Positions 12,049-20,603 of a DNA stretch of 32,000 nt are shown here, piece after piece; position 1 is the stretch's first letter, and each line of letters begins with the position of its first letter. Under the pieces are notes generated by a model. It ran no database searches. It was not told where the DNA came from and saw only the letters and a program-made list of their open reading frames with translations. Origin of the DNA: Synechococcus sp. A15-28 (GTDB taxonomy: Bacteria; Cyanobacteriota; Cyanobacteriia; PCC-6307; Cyanobiaceae); assembly GCF_014280175.1 (NCBI RefSeq), contig NZ_CP047931.1, forward strand, positions 2,220,001 to 2,252,000, in the 5' to 3' direction. The position numbers and the translations under genes are program-made.

Positions 12049-15000
12049 ATGACAGACCTCGACGGAAATGGCCTGGTAGATGGCTCTGAGTTGATCGCTT
12101 ATCAGCTTTTCGATGATGGCAACTCGATCACCATCACGAACAGGCGAGGTCGAACATTCTCGGACGCAACATCAAGATTCTGGAATGTCATTGCAGGCAC
12201 GCAAGTTGACGGCGGATTCCTCGTGCTGCGAGCCAGACAAACCCGCCGACGTGGATTGCGATATCAAACATGGACTACAGATGAAACAGGAACAATCAAT
12301 GGAAGATCGCGAGGCTGGCGTAGTGGTCAATCCATGGCCAACCAGGGGATCGAAAACATCTTCAATCTTGACCTCAACAATGATGGATGGATTGGAGATC
12401 AGCCACCGGAAGAATCAGGTCCAATCAACGATGGTGCAGCCACCTTCGCCATTGAGGGCACTCCACAACTGGGGCAGGTTCTCTCCATTTCCCTAACCAA
12501 CAGTGATCCTGATGGTGACGGCACTCCAACCGTTGCATGGCTTGCTTCCAATCCAGATGGAACCTGGTCTCAAGTCGGCTCCGATTCACAAATCACCATC
12601 TCCGCCGATCTTGAAGGTCGTCAACTCCTCGCCAACATTTCCTATATCGATGGTGATGGCTTCAGCGAGGACGTCTCAACCGAACCGGTCTTCGTTCCCA
12701 TCACAAACACGGATGATTACGGAACAACGCCCGAAAGCAGTGGCTTTCTTGCCATGGCAAGCCGTCTTGAAGGTGATCTCGAAGTTGCGGGAGACCTTGA
12801 CTGGTTCAAAGTCGAATTAGAGGCCGGCAGAAGTTATATTTTTGAGCAAATTGGGACAGGATTAGCGGACCCACTATTAACACTTAAAGACGAATTAGGA
12901 TCTATCCTCGCCAGCAATGACGATAGCGAAGGTGAATTAAATAGTCGAATAAACTTTGAAGCCGAAAGATCAGGATACTACTACCTCGAAGCTGGCTCAT
13001 ATCTCAATCAATTCACGGGCAAATATTTCATTGGCGCGTACGAAGATATAACGCAGCCTGAAGATCCCATTAACGACGGTGCAGCCACCTTCGCCATTGA
13101 CGGCACTCCACAACTGGGGCAGGTTCTCTCCATTTCCCTAACCAACAATGATCCTGATGGTGACGGCACTCCAACCGTTGCGTGGCTTGCTTCCAATCAA
13201 GATGGAACCTGGTCTCAAGTCGGCTCCGATTCAGAAATCACCATCTCCGCCGATCTTGAAGGTCGCCAACTCCTCGCCAACATTTCCTACATCGATGGTG
13301 ATGGCTTCAGCGAGGACGTCTCAACCGAACCGGTCCTCATCCCTGTCACTCCCGTCAACGATGGTGCAGCCACCTTCGCCATTGACGGCACTCCACAACT
13401 GGGGCAGGTTCTCTCCATTTCCTTAACCAACAATGATCCTGATGGTGACGGCACTCCAACCGTTGCGTGGCTTGCTTCCAATCAAGATGGAACCTGGTCT
13501 CAAGTCGGCTCCGATTCAGAAATCACCATCTCCGCCGATCTGGAAGGTCGCCAACTCCTCGCCAACATTTCCTACATCGATGGTGATGGCTTCAGCGAGG
13601 ACGTCTCAACTGAACCGGTCCTCATCCCTGTCACTTCCGTCAACGATGGTGCAGCCACCTTCGCTATTGAGGGCACTCCACAACTGGGGCAGGTTCTCTC
13701 CATTTCTCTAACCAACAGTGATCCTGATGGTGACGGCACTCCAACCGTTGCATGGCTTGCTTCCAATCCAGATGGAACCTGGTCTCAAGTCGGCTCCGAT
13801 TCAGAAATCACCATCTCCGCCGATCTGGAAGGTCGTCAACTCCTCGCCAACATTTCCTATATCGATGGTGATGGCTTCAGCGAGGACGTCTCAACCGAAC
13901 CGGTCCTCATCCCTGTCTCAAACTCTGACGATTACGGAGCAAGCCCCGAGAGCAGTGGATCTCTCGAGATTGGAAGCAGTCTTGAGGGTAATCTCGAATC
14001 CCTAGGAGATCTAGACTGGTTCAAAATTGAATTAGATGCTGACAAGTACTACAACTTTGAGTTGACTGGAACTACCCTTGCAGACTCATTCCTGGCCTTG
14101 AAAGAAGCCAATGGCAATGTCATCTCTAGCAATGACGACGGTGGAGAAGGATTCAGTAGCCGCATCATTTTTTCCCCTGAATCTTCAGGCACTTATTATC
14201 TTGAGGCAAGCGCATATAACAACGAGTATACCGGAACATATTTAATTACCGCCGACGAAGCAGATCCCTTGCCCCCTGGCTACAACCCTGAAGACGGGTT
14301 TGGCCATATTAACGCTAAAAGAAGCTTTGAAAAGTTACTTGGAATAACCCTCAATGATGCCGCAGACCTTGGTGGTGATTTATGGGGTCTCGACAATATC
14401 GGGGCACCAGAAGTTTGGACAGGCAGCAATAGCTTCTCGGGCGCAATCGGATCGGGAACAGTCATCGCCGTCATCGACACAGGTGTTGACCTAGATCACC
14501 CGGAATTCCAAAACAGAATTGCTCAAGGTTATGATTTTGTCGATTACGACAATATTGCCGACGATGGTGAAGGCCATGGCACGCATGTTGCCGGGACCAT
14601 CGCGGGCGCTGATGACGGTGAAGGAATCACCGGCGTCGCACCAGATGCATCAATCATGCCAATTCGAGTTCTCGACGATGAAGGCTATGGTTATACATCC
14701 GACATCATCGCTGGAGTCCGATGGGCAGCAGACAATGGTGCCGATGTCATCAATCTGTCGCTTGGAGGCGGAGGGTATAGCCAGGCTATGGCCGACGCAA
14801 TCGCCTACGCATCAGACCTTGGCTCGGTGATTGTCATGGCGGCTGGCAATAATGGCGGTGAATCTCCTATATACCCTGCAGCCCACGCAGAAACCCACGG
14901 CATCGCTGTTGGAGCCGTAAATCAAGAAAAGTCGTTTGCCGATTTCTCGAATCGAGCCGGATTTACGTTTCTTGATTATGTGACAGCCCCTGGAGTCAAT

Positions 15001-15516
15001 ATTTTCTCTTCGACACCCAACGGTAATTACGATTATTACAGTGGGACCTCCATGGCCAGCCCACACGTCGCCGGCATCGCAGCATTGCTGAAAAGCCATG
15101 ACAAAGCGCTAACACCGGAATCCATCGAAACTTTGATCACAAGCACCGCACACAACAACATTGATATCCAGCTCTCGGGCACTCAAACTGATGAGCTCAC
15201 AGGAGAACAATTTGATAAAATTATTACCTTAGAAACACTAGCCCAATTTGACGAAGATCAATTGCAAAGCCGGCTCATCGGAAGCTTGAGCGGAGATCTA
15301 AAGGCTAGAAAATCCGTCATCAGAGAACTTAAGGCTAATGAGAAAGAAGGCCTCATCATTGAAGACATTGATGTGATTAAATCGACTAATAAAAGTTTGA
15401 TCACTCTGGATCTGTCAGGATCAAATCCATCAGATCAATCAGATTTACTGGAGGACTTGCTCTCAGAAAAACAGTTCAACTATTTCGAAGTCGATACTCA
15501 AATGCAAATGATCTAG
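12049..15516 (+). CDS. Giant subtilisin-like (S8) serine protease with N-terminal Ca-loop/Trp-rich module, four ~95-aa repeats, two PPC-like domains and a C-terminal tail
   Basis: 1155-aa ORF. Catalytic motifs VIAVIDTGVDLDHPEF (Asp), GHGTHVAGTIAG (His), GTSMASPHVAGIAALL (Ser), with oxyanion region VIVMAAGNNGG. PPC-like segments DLDWFKVELEAGRSYIFE and DLDWFKIELDADKYYNFE. Confidence 0.93.
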   Translation: MTDLDGNGLVDGSELIAYQLFDDGNSITITNRRGRTFSDATSRFWNVIAGTQVDGGFLVLRARQTRRRGLRYQTWTTDETGTINGRSRGWRSGQSMANQGIENIFNLDLNNDGWIGDQPPEESGPINDGAATFAIEGTPQLGQVLSISLTNSDPDGDGTPTVAWLASNPDGTWSQVGSDSQITISADLEGRQLLANISYIDGDGFSEDVSTEPVFVPITNTDDYGTTPESSGFLAMASRLEGDLEVAGDLDWFKVELEAGRSYIFEQIGTGLADPLLTLKDELGSILASNDDSEGELNSRINFEAERSGYYYLEAGSYLNQFTGKYFIGAYEDITQPEDPINDGAATFAIDGTPQLGQVLSISLTNNDPDGDGTPTVAWLASNQDGTWSQVGSDSEITISADLEGRQLLANISYIDGDGFSEDVSTEPVLIPVTPVNDGAATFAIDGTPQLGQVLSISLTNNDPDGDGTPTVAWLASNQDGTWSQVGSDSEITISADLEGRQLLANISYIDGDGFSEDVSTEPVLIPVTSVNDGAATFAIEGTPQLGQVLSISLTNSDPDGDGTPTVAWLASNPDGTWSQVGSDSEITISADLEGRQLLANISYIDGDGFSEDVSTEPVLIPVSNSDDYGASPESSGSLEIGSSLEGNLESLGDLDWFKIELDADKYYNFELTGTTLADSFLALKEANGNVISSNDDGGEGFSSRIIFSPESSGTYYLEASAYNNEYTGTYLITADEADPLPPGYNPEDGFGHINAKRSFEKLLGITLNDAADLGGDLWGLDNIGAPEVWTGSNSFSGAIGSGTVIAVIDTGVDLDHPEFQNRIAQGYDFVDYDNIADDGEGHGTHVAGTIAGADDGEGITGVAPDASIMPIRVLDDEGYGYTSDIIAGVRWAADNGADVINLSLGGGGYSQAMADAIAYASDLGSVIVMAAGNNGGESPIYPAAHAETHGIAVGAVNQEKSFADFSNRAGFTFLDYVTAPGVNIFSSTPNGNYDYYSGTSMASPHVAGIAALLKSHDKALTPESIETLITSTAHNNIDIQLSGTQTDELTGEQFDKIITLETLAQFDEDQLQSRLIGSLSGDLKARKSVIRELKANEKEGLIIEDIDVIKSTNKSLITLDLSGSNPSDQSDLLEDLLSEKQFNYFEVDTQMQMI
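12055..12411 (+). other. N-terminal Ca-loop-bracketed, Trp-rich module of subtilase 1
   Basis: DLDGNGLVDGSE (EF-hand/dockerin-like 12-residue loop), then a W-containing segment, then FNLDLNNDGWIGD. Confidence 0.6.
12427..12711 (+). repeat. 285-bp protein-domain repeat, copy R1
   Basis: NDGAATFAIEGTPQLGQVLSISLTNSDPDGDGTPTVAWLASNPDGTW...EDVSTEPVF. It aligns at +645 bp to R2. Confidence 0.95.
13072..13356 (+). repeat. 285-bp tandem repeat, copy R2
   Basis: Near-identical to R3 at a 285-bp period. Encodes NDGAATFAIDGTPQLGQVLSISLTNNDPDGDG... Confidence 0.97.
13357..13641 (+). repeat. 285-bp tandem repeat, copy R3
   Basis: Differs from R2 at only a handful of bases by eye. Same 285-bp phase. Confidence 0.97.
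13642..13926 (+). repeat. 285-bp tandem repeat, copy R4
   Basis: Same phase, but carries R1-type variants (IEGT, TNSDPDG, ASNPDG). Confidence 0.97.
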
Positions 15517-15599
15517 AGCTCTCCAATACATTCCGTTGCTCTGCTCGGTCAAGATTGACTCGTTGAAGTTGGAGTTCGTTGGGCCGGAGCATCGATTCA

Positions 15600-15686
15600 G
15601 ACCAGCAGCTGGCGGTGGAGCATGCCCGGCGCGCCACGCGCTGGCGGCTCAGCCTGCAGACCCACAAGTGGCTCGCAATTCGATGA
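15600..15686 (+). pseudogene. Orphan duplicate of the queE 3' end
   Basis: Translates as DQQLAVEHARRATRWRLSLQTHKWLAIR*, versus the queE end SDQGQQLAVEHAQRNPRWRLSLQTHKWIGVR*. The segment 15637-15671 (35 nt, CGCGCTGGCGGCTCAGCCTGCAGACCCACAAGTGG) is identical to 11904-11938. Confidence 0.93.
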
Positions 15687-15843
15687 GTCGTTACAACACC
15701 AGAAACACTCACACGCAGCCAACTCTCAGGATCCTTTCAGGGACATTCATGAGAACAGCAACTTAAATCCGTTAGTATATTTAAAGGAAAAGCTTTGCGC
15801 ATCTCCTCTTTTAAAGGCTCAAATCACAACACCCGGTCGACCC

Positions 15844-18800
15844 ATGCCAAGCACAAGCAGCTCTGACAAGGTGCACGACCAAGTTAAAACAGCCACCAAA
15901 AGTGGCAAAAACGGCAATAAAAGCCTCGCAAAAAAAAATATTGCATTCAAAACAACTTATGACATCGATGACAACGGCCTAGTCGACGGCTCCGAAAAGC
16001 CTGGATACAAGCTCTATACCCCCGAAAGCGGGATTTTGATTACCGCCAAATCTGGAAAAACGTTTTCCGAGGCAACATCTGAAAAGTGGTCAGCTATTGC
16101 GGCAGCCCCAACAGAGAAGGGGTATCGAGTCTTAATTACAAACAACCAATCCAAGAAGGGAAAATACAAAATTTGGAAATTGAGCAGCAAGGGAATCGTC
16201 CGCTCAAAAGGTCGCTGGCTCCGGGAAAGAGCTCTTAGCTCAGAGGGCTATGAGGAAGTTTTTGGGATTGATTTTAATGGTGACGGCATGATCGAAGCCG
16301 ACACACTGATCGATGTTGGCGATGCAGATTTTTCCTTGACAGGAAATGCAACAGTTGGCAAGCGATTACGGGCTAAGCGTGCTGACGACGATCCAGATGG
16401 AAATGGAAGACCGCTCATAACCTGGCAGGCATTCTCAGGAGCAAGCATCTGGACAACAGCCGACACCGGCAAATCGATTCGTATCCCTGCAACGCTGGAG
16501 GGCGCTCAGGTCCGTGCCAGGGTTGAGTACAAAGATGGCGATGGGTTTCAAGAAACTGTCTTTACCCAGTCGCGCTCCATTCCCTACGTCGATAACGGCG
16601 ACGCTGCCTTCCTGATTCAAGGCACTCCAGCAGTCGGTCAAACCCTCTCCATCACGCAATCCGTCGCTGATCCCGATGGGGATGGGACACCCTCCTTCTC
16701 ATGGCTCCAATCCAGCGACGGCATCAACTGGTCTTTCCTGAGCTCCAACCCCACCTTCGATATTCCCGACAATCTGGAAGGGCAGACCATCACGGCAACC
16801 GTCCGATATACCGATAACCAGGGCTTTGAGGAATCAATCTCCACGAATGCTCTCACCATTCCCTACGTCGATAACGGTGACGCTGCCTTCCTGATTCAAG
16901 GCACTCCAGCAGTTGGTCAAACCCTCTCCATCACGCAATCCATCGCTGATCCCGATGGCAACGGTGCAGGCACATCCGCCATCTCATGGTTGCAATCCAG
17001 CGATAGCGTCAACTGGTCCGTCATCAGCACCGCACCCACATTCAACATCTCCAAAGACCTTGAGGGGAAGCGGATCAGAGCCATCGTCTCCTATTCCGAT
17101 GGTCAGGGATTCAGCGAATCGATCAACACCGATGACCTGACCATTCCATACGTCGACGACGGCGACGCCGACTTCCTCATCCAAGGCACCGCCGCAGTCA
17201 GCGAAATCATCTCCATCAGCCGCTCTGCAGACGATCCAGACGGCAATGGTGATGGTGCACTTGAGATCGCCTGGCAAGCCTCTCTGGATGGCACGAACTG
17301 GTGGGAAATCAGCACAGCCAGTGACCACCAGATTGGATCCAACCTTGCCGGCCATCAGCTGAATGCTGTTGTCCAATACACCGACAGCCAAGGCTTCAAA
17401 GAGACCATTACAACCGACAGTGTCTCTGTACCAGGCACTGCGGGATCCAACTCAGACGGCAAAGACGATTACGGCGGCAGCACGACCACCAATGGTCGCC
17501 TTACGATCCACAACAGCATTTCAGGCGAACTTGAATTAGCTGGAGATCACGACTGGTTCGCCATCAACCTCACAGCCGGTCGGCGTTATCAATTCGACCT
17601 GAATGGTGTCAGCCTCGAAGACCCGTTTCTCTACCTCCGCAGCAGCTCATCGTCATTAGTCGCTTACAACGACGATGAATCCTTGTTGAGCTTGGATTCC
17701 CAACTCAACTACACCGCAGAAAGCAGCGGCACGCACTACCTCGATGTGGGCGCCTACCAAGACGTTTATGCAGGGACCTACACACTCAGAGCATCCGAAC
17801 TCACCCCTCCGGACCCCGGGTTCAACAGCACCGATGGCTACGGCCATGTCAGTGCTCAACGCGCCTTCGAGCAATTGCTCAACATCTCTCTCGACCCTGT
17901 CGACGCCCTTGGCGGCAATCTCTGGGGAGTTGACAATGTCGATGCTCCCGAAGTGTGGAACGGGGGCAGCGGTTTTGCAGGCGCCACAGGAAGCGGAACC
18001 ACCATCGCGGTGATCGACACAGGGGTCGATCTGGATCACCCCGAATTTCTGGGTCGAATTGTCGCCGGCTACGACTTTGTTGATGATGACTCGATTGCGG
18101 ATGACGGCAATGGCCATGGCACCCATGTCGCTGGCACCATCGCCGGTGCCAACGACGGCACAGGCATCACCGGGGTCGCCTATGACGCCGCGATCATGCC
18201 CCTGCGTGTGCTGGGCAACGACGGTTACGGCTGGACCAGCGACATCATCTCTGCCGTGCGCTGGGCCGCCGACAACGGCGCCCATGTGATCAATCTTTCC
18301 CTCGGTGTTAGCGGTTACAGCCAAGCCATGGCCGATGCCATCAGCTATGCCTCCGGACGCGGCAGCGTTGTCGTGATGGCCGCCGGCAATTCCGGAGGCA
18401 TGGCACCCGAATACCCCGCGGCCCATGCGATTGATCACGGCATCGCCGTTGGTGCTGTGGACAGCAATCGTTCCTTCGCCGGGTTCTCCAACCGGGCCGG
18501 CTCCACGCAACTCGATTACGTGACAGCACCAGGAGTCAACATTTATTCGGCTGTGCCAGGAGGTGGTTACGACACTTTCAACGGCACGTCCATGGCGACA
18601 CCTTACGTCGCTGGTGTCGCCGGACTGCTCAAAAGTCATGACGGAAGTTTGTCCGCATCCGCCATCGAAGATCTGCTGACGGGCTCTGGCAGCAACAACA
18701 GCATCAGCGACAGCACCGCCTGGAACACCACTTCATCCATCCCATGGAGCACAAGGGATGTGATCACGATGCAAACGCTGGACAGCTTCAGCGACAAACA

Positions 18801-19068
18801 ACTCAGCGGCACCCTGATCGCCAGCGTTGACGGCAATGGTCGGGAACGACGCTCCACCCTCCGCGGCCTCAAGCAAGGCATTCGCTCCAACGACGCCTCC
18901 TACGACGGGCTGGAGGCGGTGAAAACGATTGAGGCCAGCCGCAACAGCTTTGCCGTGCTGGAGATCTCCAACGATCACGCCATCAATCAGAGAGCGCTAC
19001 TCACAGAGCTTCTGGGCAGCAACCAGTTCCATTACCTTGAAAAAGAGCAACAATTCTCGATCGTCTGA
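15844..19068 (+). CDS. Second giant subtilisin-like (S8) serine protease, paralog of 12049-15516
   Basis: The open frame extends to 15622, but that part overlaps the queE remnant in another frame. MPSTSSSDKVHDQ at 15844 is a more plausible start. Motifs: VIAVIDTGVDLDHPEF, GHGTHVAGTIAG, GTSMATPYVAGVAGLL. Same N-terminal module, four repeats, one PPC-like domain (DHDWFAINLTAGRRYQFDL) and homologous tail. Confidence 0.92.
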   Translation: MPSTSSSDKVHDQVKTATKSGKNGNKSLAKKNIAFKTTYDIDDNGLVDGSEKPGYKLYTPESGILITAKSGKTFSEATSEKWSAIAAAPTEKGYRVLITNNQSKKGKYKIWKLSSKGIVRSKGRWLRERALSSEGYEEVFGIDFNGDGMIEADTLIDVGDADFSLTGNATVGKRLRAKRADDDPDGNGRPLITWQAFSGASIWTTADTGKSIRIPATLEGAQVRARVEYKDGDGFQETVFTQSRSIPYVDNGDAAFLIQGTPAVGQTLSITQSVADPDGDGTPSFSWLQSSDGINWSFLSSNPTFDIPDNLEGQTITATVRYTDNQGFEESISTNALTIPYVDNGDAAFLIQGTPAVGQTLSITQSIADPDGNGAGTSAISWLQSSDSVNWSVISTAPTFNISKDLEGKRIRAIVSYSDGQGFSESINTDDLTIPYVDDGDADFLIQGTAAVSEIISISRSADDPDGNGDGALEIAWQASLDGTNWWEISTASDHQIGSNLAGHQLNAVVQYTDSQGFKETITTDSVSVPGTAGSNSDGKDDYGGSTTTNGRLTIHNSISGELELAGDHDWFAINLTAGRRYQFDLNGVSLEDPFLYLRSSSSSLVAYNDDESLLSLDSQLNYTAESSGTHYLDVGAYQDVYAGTYTLRASELTPPDPGFNSTDGYGHVSAQRAFEQLLNISLDPVDALGGNLWGVDNVDAPEVWNGGSGFAGATGSGTTIAVIDTGVDLDHPEFLGRIVAGYDFVDDDSIADDGNGHGTHVAGTIAGANDGTGITGVAYDAAIMPLRVLGNDGYGWTSDIISAVRWAADNGAHVINLSLGVSGYSQAMADAISYASGRGSVVVMAAGNSGGMAPEYPAAHAIDHGIAVGAVDSNRSFAGFSNRAGSTQLDYVTAPGVNIYSAVPGGGYDTFNGTSMATPYVAGVAGLLKSHDGSLSASAIEDLLTGSGSNNSISDSTAWNTTSSIPWSTRDVITMQTLDSFSDKQLSGTLIASVDGNGRERRSTLRGLKQGIRSNDASYDGLEAVKTIEASRNSFAVLEISNDHAINQRALLTELLGSNQFHYLEKEQQFSIV
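15961..16314 (+). other. N-terminal Ca-loop-bracketed, Trp-containing module of subtilase 2
   Basis: DIDDNGLVDGSE, then FGIDFNGDGMIEAD. Same layout as at 12055-12411. Confidence 0.55.
16579..17427 (+). repeat. Three consecutive degenerate 279/285-bp repeats in subtilase 2 (a more diverged first copy lies at ~16321-16578)
   Basis: IPYVDNGDAAFLIQGTPAVGQTLSITQS[V/I]ADPDGDG... Unit starts at 16579, 16858 and 17143. Confidence 0.9.
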
Positions 19069-19071
19069 GCC

Positions 19072-19926
19072 ATGACCTCAGTGGCTGTCCTGGGAACAGG
19101 ACTCCTCGGCACGGCCATCGCCAAGCGACTGCTGGATGTGGGTCTGGAGGTTCATGTCTGGAACCGGAACCCCGCACGTCTTGCACCGCTCCTGGAGCAA
19201 GGTGCAACCGCCGTCCAGGAGCTGCAGGGTGCCGCCCAAGGCCGCAACGCAGTGATCACGGTGTTGCGTGATGGGGGCGTGACAGCCAGCGTGGTTGATG
19301 CCCTCGGCCCTCTGCACGGCACCACGGTGATGCCCATGGGCACCATGGGCATTGAGGAAAGTCGACAGCTGGCCCGGCATGTTGTGCCAAACAACGGGCA
19401 CTATCTGGAGGCCCCGGTTCTGGGGAGCAAGCCCCAGGCTCTCGATGGCACCTTGCTGGTGATGGCCGGCGGTGACGCGCAGGTCTTCGAGGAACAACGG
19501 CCACTTCTCTCCCACCTCTGCCAAGAGCCCCTGCTCGTGGGCCCCGTCGGTAGTGGAGCCGCCACCAAGTTGGCCCTCAATCAGTTGATCGCCAGCCTCA
19601 CCCACAGCTTCTCCCTTTCCCTGCGACTGATTCAGCGGGCCGGCGTTCCTGTGAAAACGTTCATGGCAATCCTGCGGCCGTCAGCGCTCTACGCCCCCAC
19701 CTTCGACAAGAAGCTGCAACGAATGTTGGATCACTCCTACGCCGATCCCAACTTCAGCACCGACCTGCTGCGCAAAGACCTGCGCCTGTTCCTGGAGGAA
19801 GCGACAACGGCTGGGCTCCAAGATCAGGGGCTGAGCGGTTTGCTGTCTTTGCTTGAACAAGCAAAGGGCACCGACCTGGATGAGCAGGACTACTGCGCCC
19901 TGCACGAACTCACGGCCCTGACATGA
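19072..19926 (+). CDS. NAD(P)-dependent 3-hydroxyisobutyrate dehydrogenase-like oxidoreductase
   Basis: [58 protein letters not shown] is the catalytic Lys region. Confidence 0.9.
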   Translation: MTSVAVLGTGLLGTAIAKRLLDVGLEVHVWNRNPARLAPLLEQGATAVQELQGAAQGRNAVITVLRDGGVTASVVDALGPLHGTTVMPMGTMGIEESRQLARHVVPNNGHYLEAPVLGSKPQALDGTLLVMAGGDAQVFEEQRPLLSHLCQEPLLVGPVGSGAATKLALNQLIASLTHSFSLSLRLIQRAGVPVKTFMAILRPSALYAPTFDKKLQRMLDHSYADPNFSTDLLRKDLRLFLEEATTAGLQDQGLSGLLSLLEQAKGTDLDEQDYCALHELTALT

Positions 19927-20603
19927 GTCACCGCACTGCCATCGCTCTGCTCTCGGGAGGTTTGGATTCCGCCACCGCTGCTGCCCTGGCCCTTGAACAG
20001 GGCGACCGCGTCATCGGCCTGTCCTTTGACTACGGCCAGCGCCATCGCCGCGAATTGGACGCCGCCGCTGCCGTTGCTGAGCAGCTTGGCTTGGCGGAGC
20101 ATCACTGCGTCGCAGTGAATCTGGCCAGCTGGGGGGGCTCAGCCCTCACCGACGCCAGCATCTCCATTCCAACCGACGGCGTGGAGGAAGGTCGCATTCC
20201 GACCACCTATGTGCCCGGGCGCAACACCGTGTTCATCTCCGTGGGCCTCAGCCTGGCGGAGGCACGCGGAGCCGAAAGGTTGGTGCTGGGCGTCAACGCC
20301 GTTGACTATTCCGGCTATCCCGATTGCCGGCAGGATTATCTCGAGGCCTTTCAGTCCCTGGCGAACCTGGCCAGTAAGGCCGGGCGGGAAGGCCACGGCA
20401 CCCAGCTCTGGGCACCGCTGGTGGAGTGGAGCAAAACCAGGATCGTGGAGGAAGCGCTGCGGCTCAACGTGCCGATCCAGACCACCTGGAGCTGCTATAG
20501 CGGTGGAGACGAGGCCTGCGGTGTCTGCGACAGCTGCCGCATCCGCGATGCTGCCCTGCGGGAGGCCGGCCGCCCGGACCTGTGCAGCAGACCATCAGCA
20601 TGA
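19923..20603 (+). CDS. queC: 7-cyano-7-deazaguanine synthase
   Basis: [20 protein letters not shown] (PP-loop); [22 protein letters not shown] (Zn site). Confidence 0.96.
   Translation: MSHRTAIALLSGGLDSATAAALALEQGDRVIGLSFDYGQRHRRELDAAAAVAEQLGLAEHHCVAVNLASWGGSALTDASISIPTDGVEEGRIPTTYVPGRNTVFISVGLSLAEARGAERLVLGVNAVDYSGYPDCRQDYLEAFQSLANLASKAGREGHGTQLWAPLVEWSKTRIVEEALRLNVPIQTTWSCYSGGDEACGVCDSCRIRDAALREAGRPDLCSRPSA

Noticed and set aside
12503-14005. Set of near-identical small ORFs (MILMVTALQPLRGLLPIK...; MEASHATVGVPSPSGS...)
   Set aside because: They are alternate-frame and antisense translations of the 285-bp repeats in subtilase 1. Their similarity reflects the repeat DNA, not a gene family.
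15622-15843. Upstream extension of the subtilase 2 ORF and ORF 15536-15766
   Set aside because: They read through the queE-tail remnant in non-queE frames and have no resemblance to the subtilase 1 N-terminus, so they are probably non-coding.
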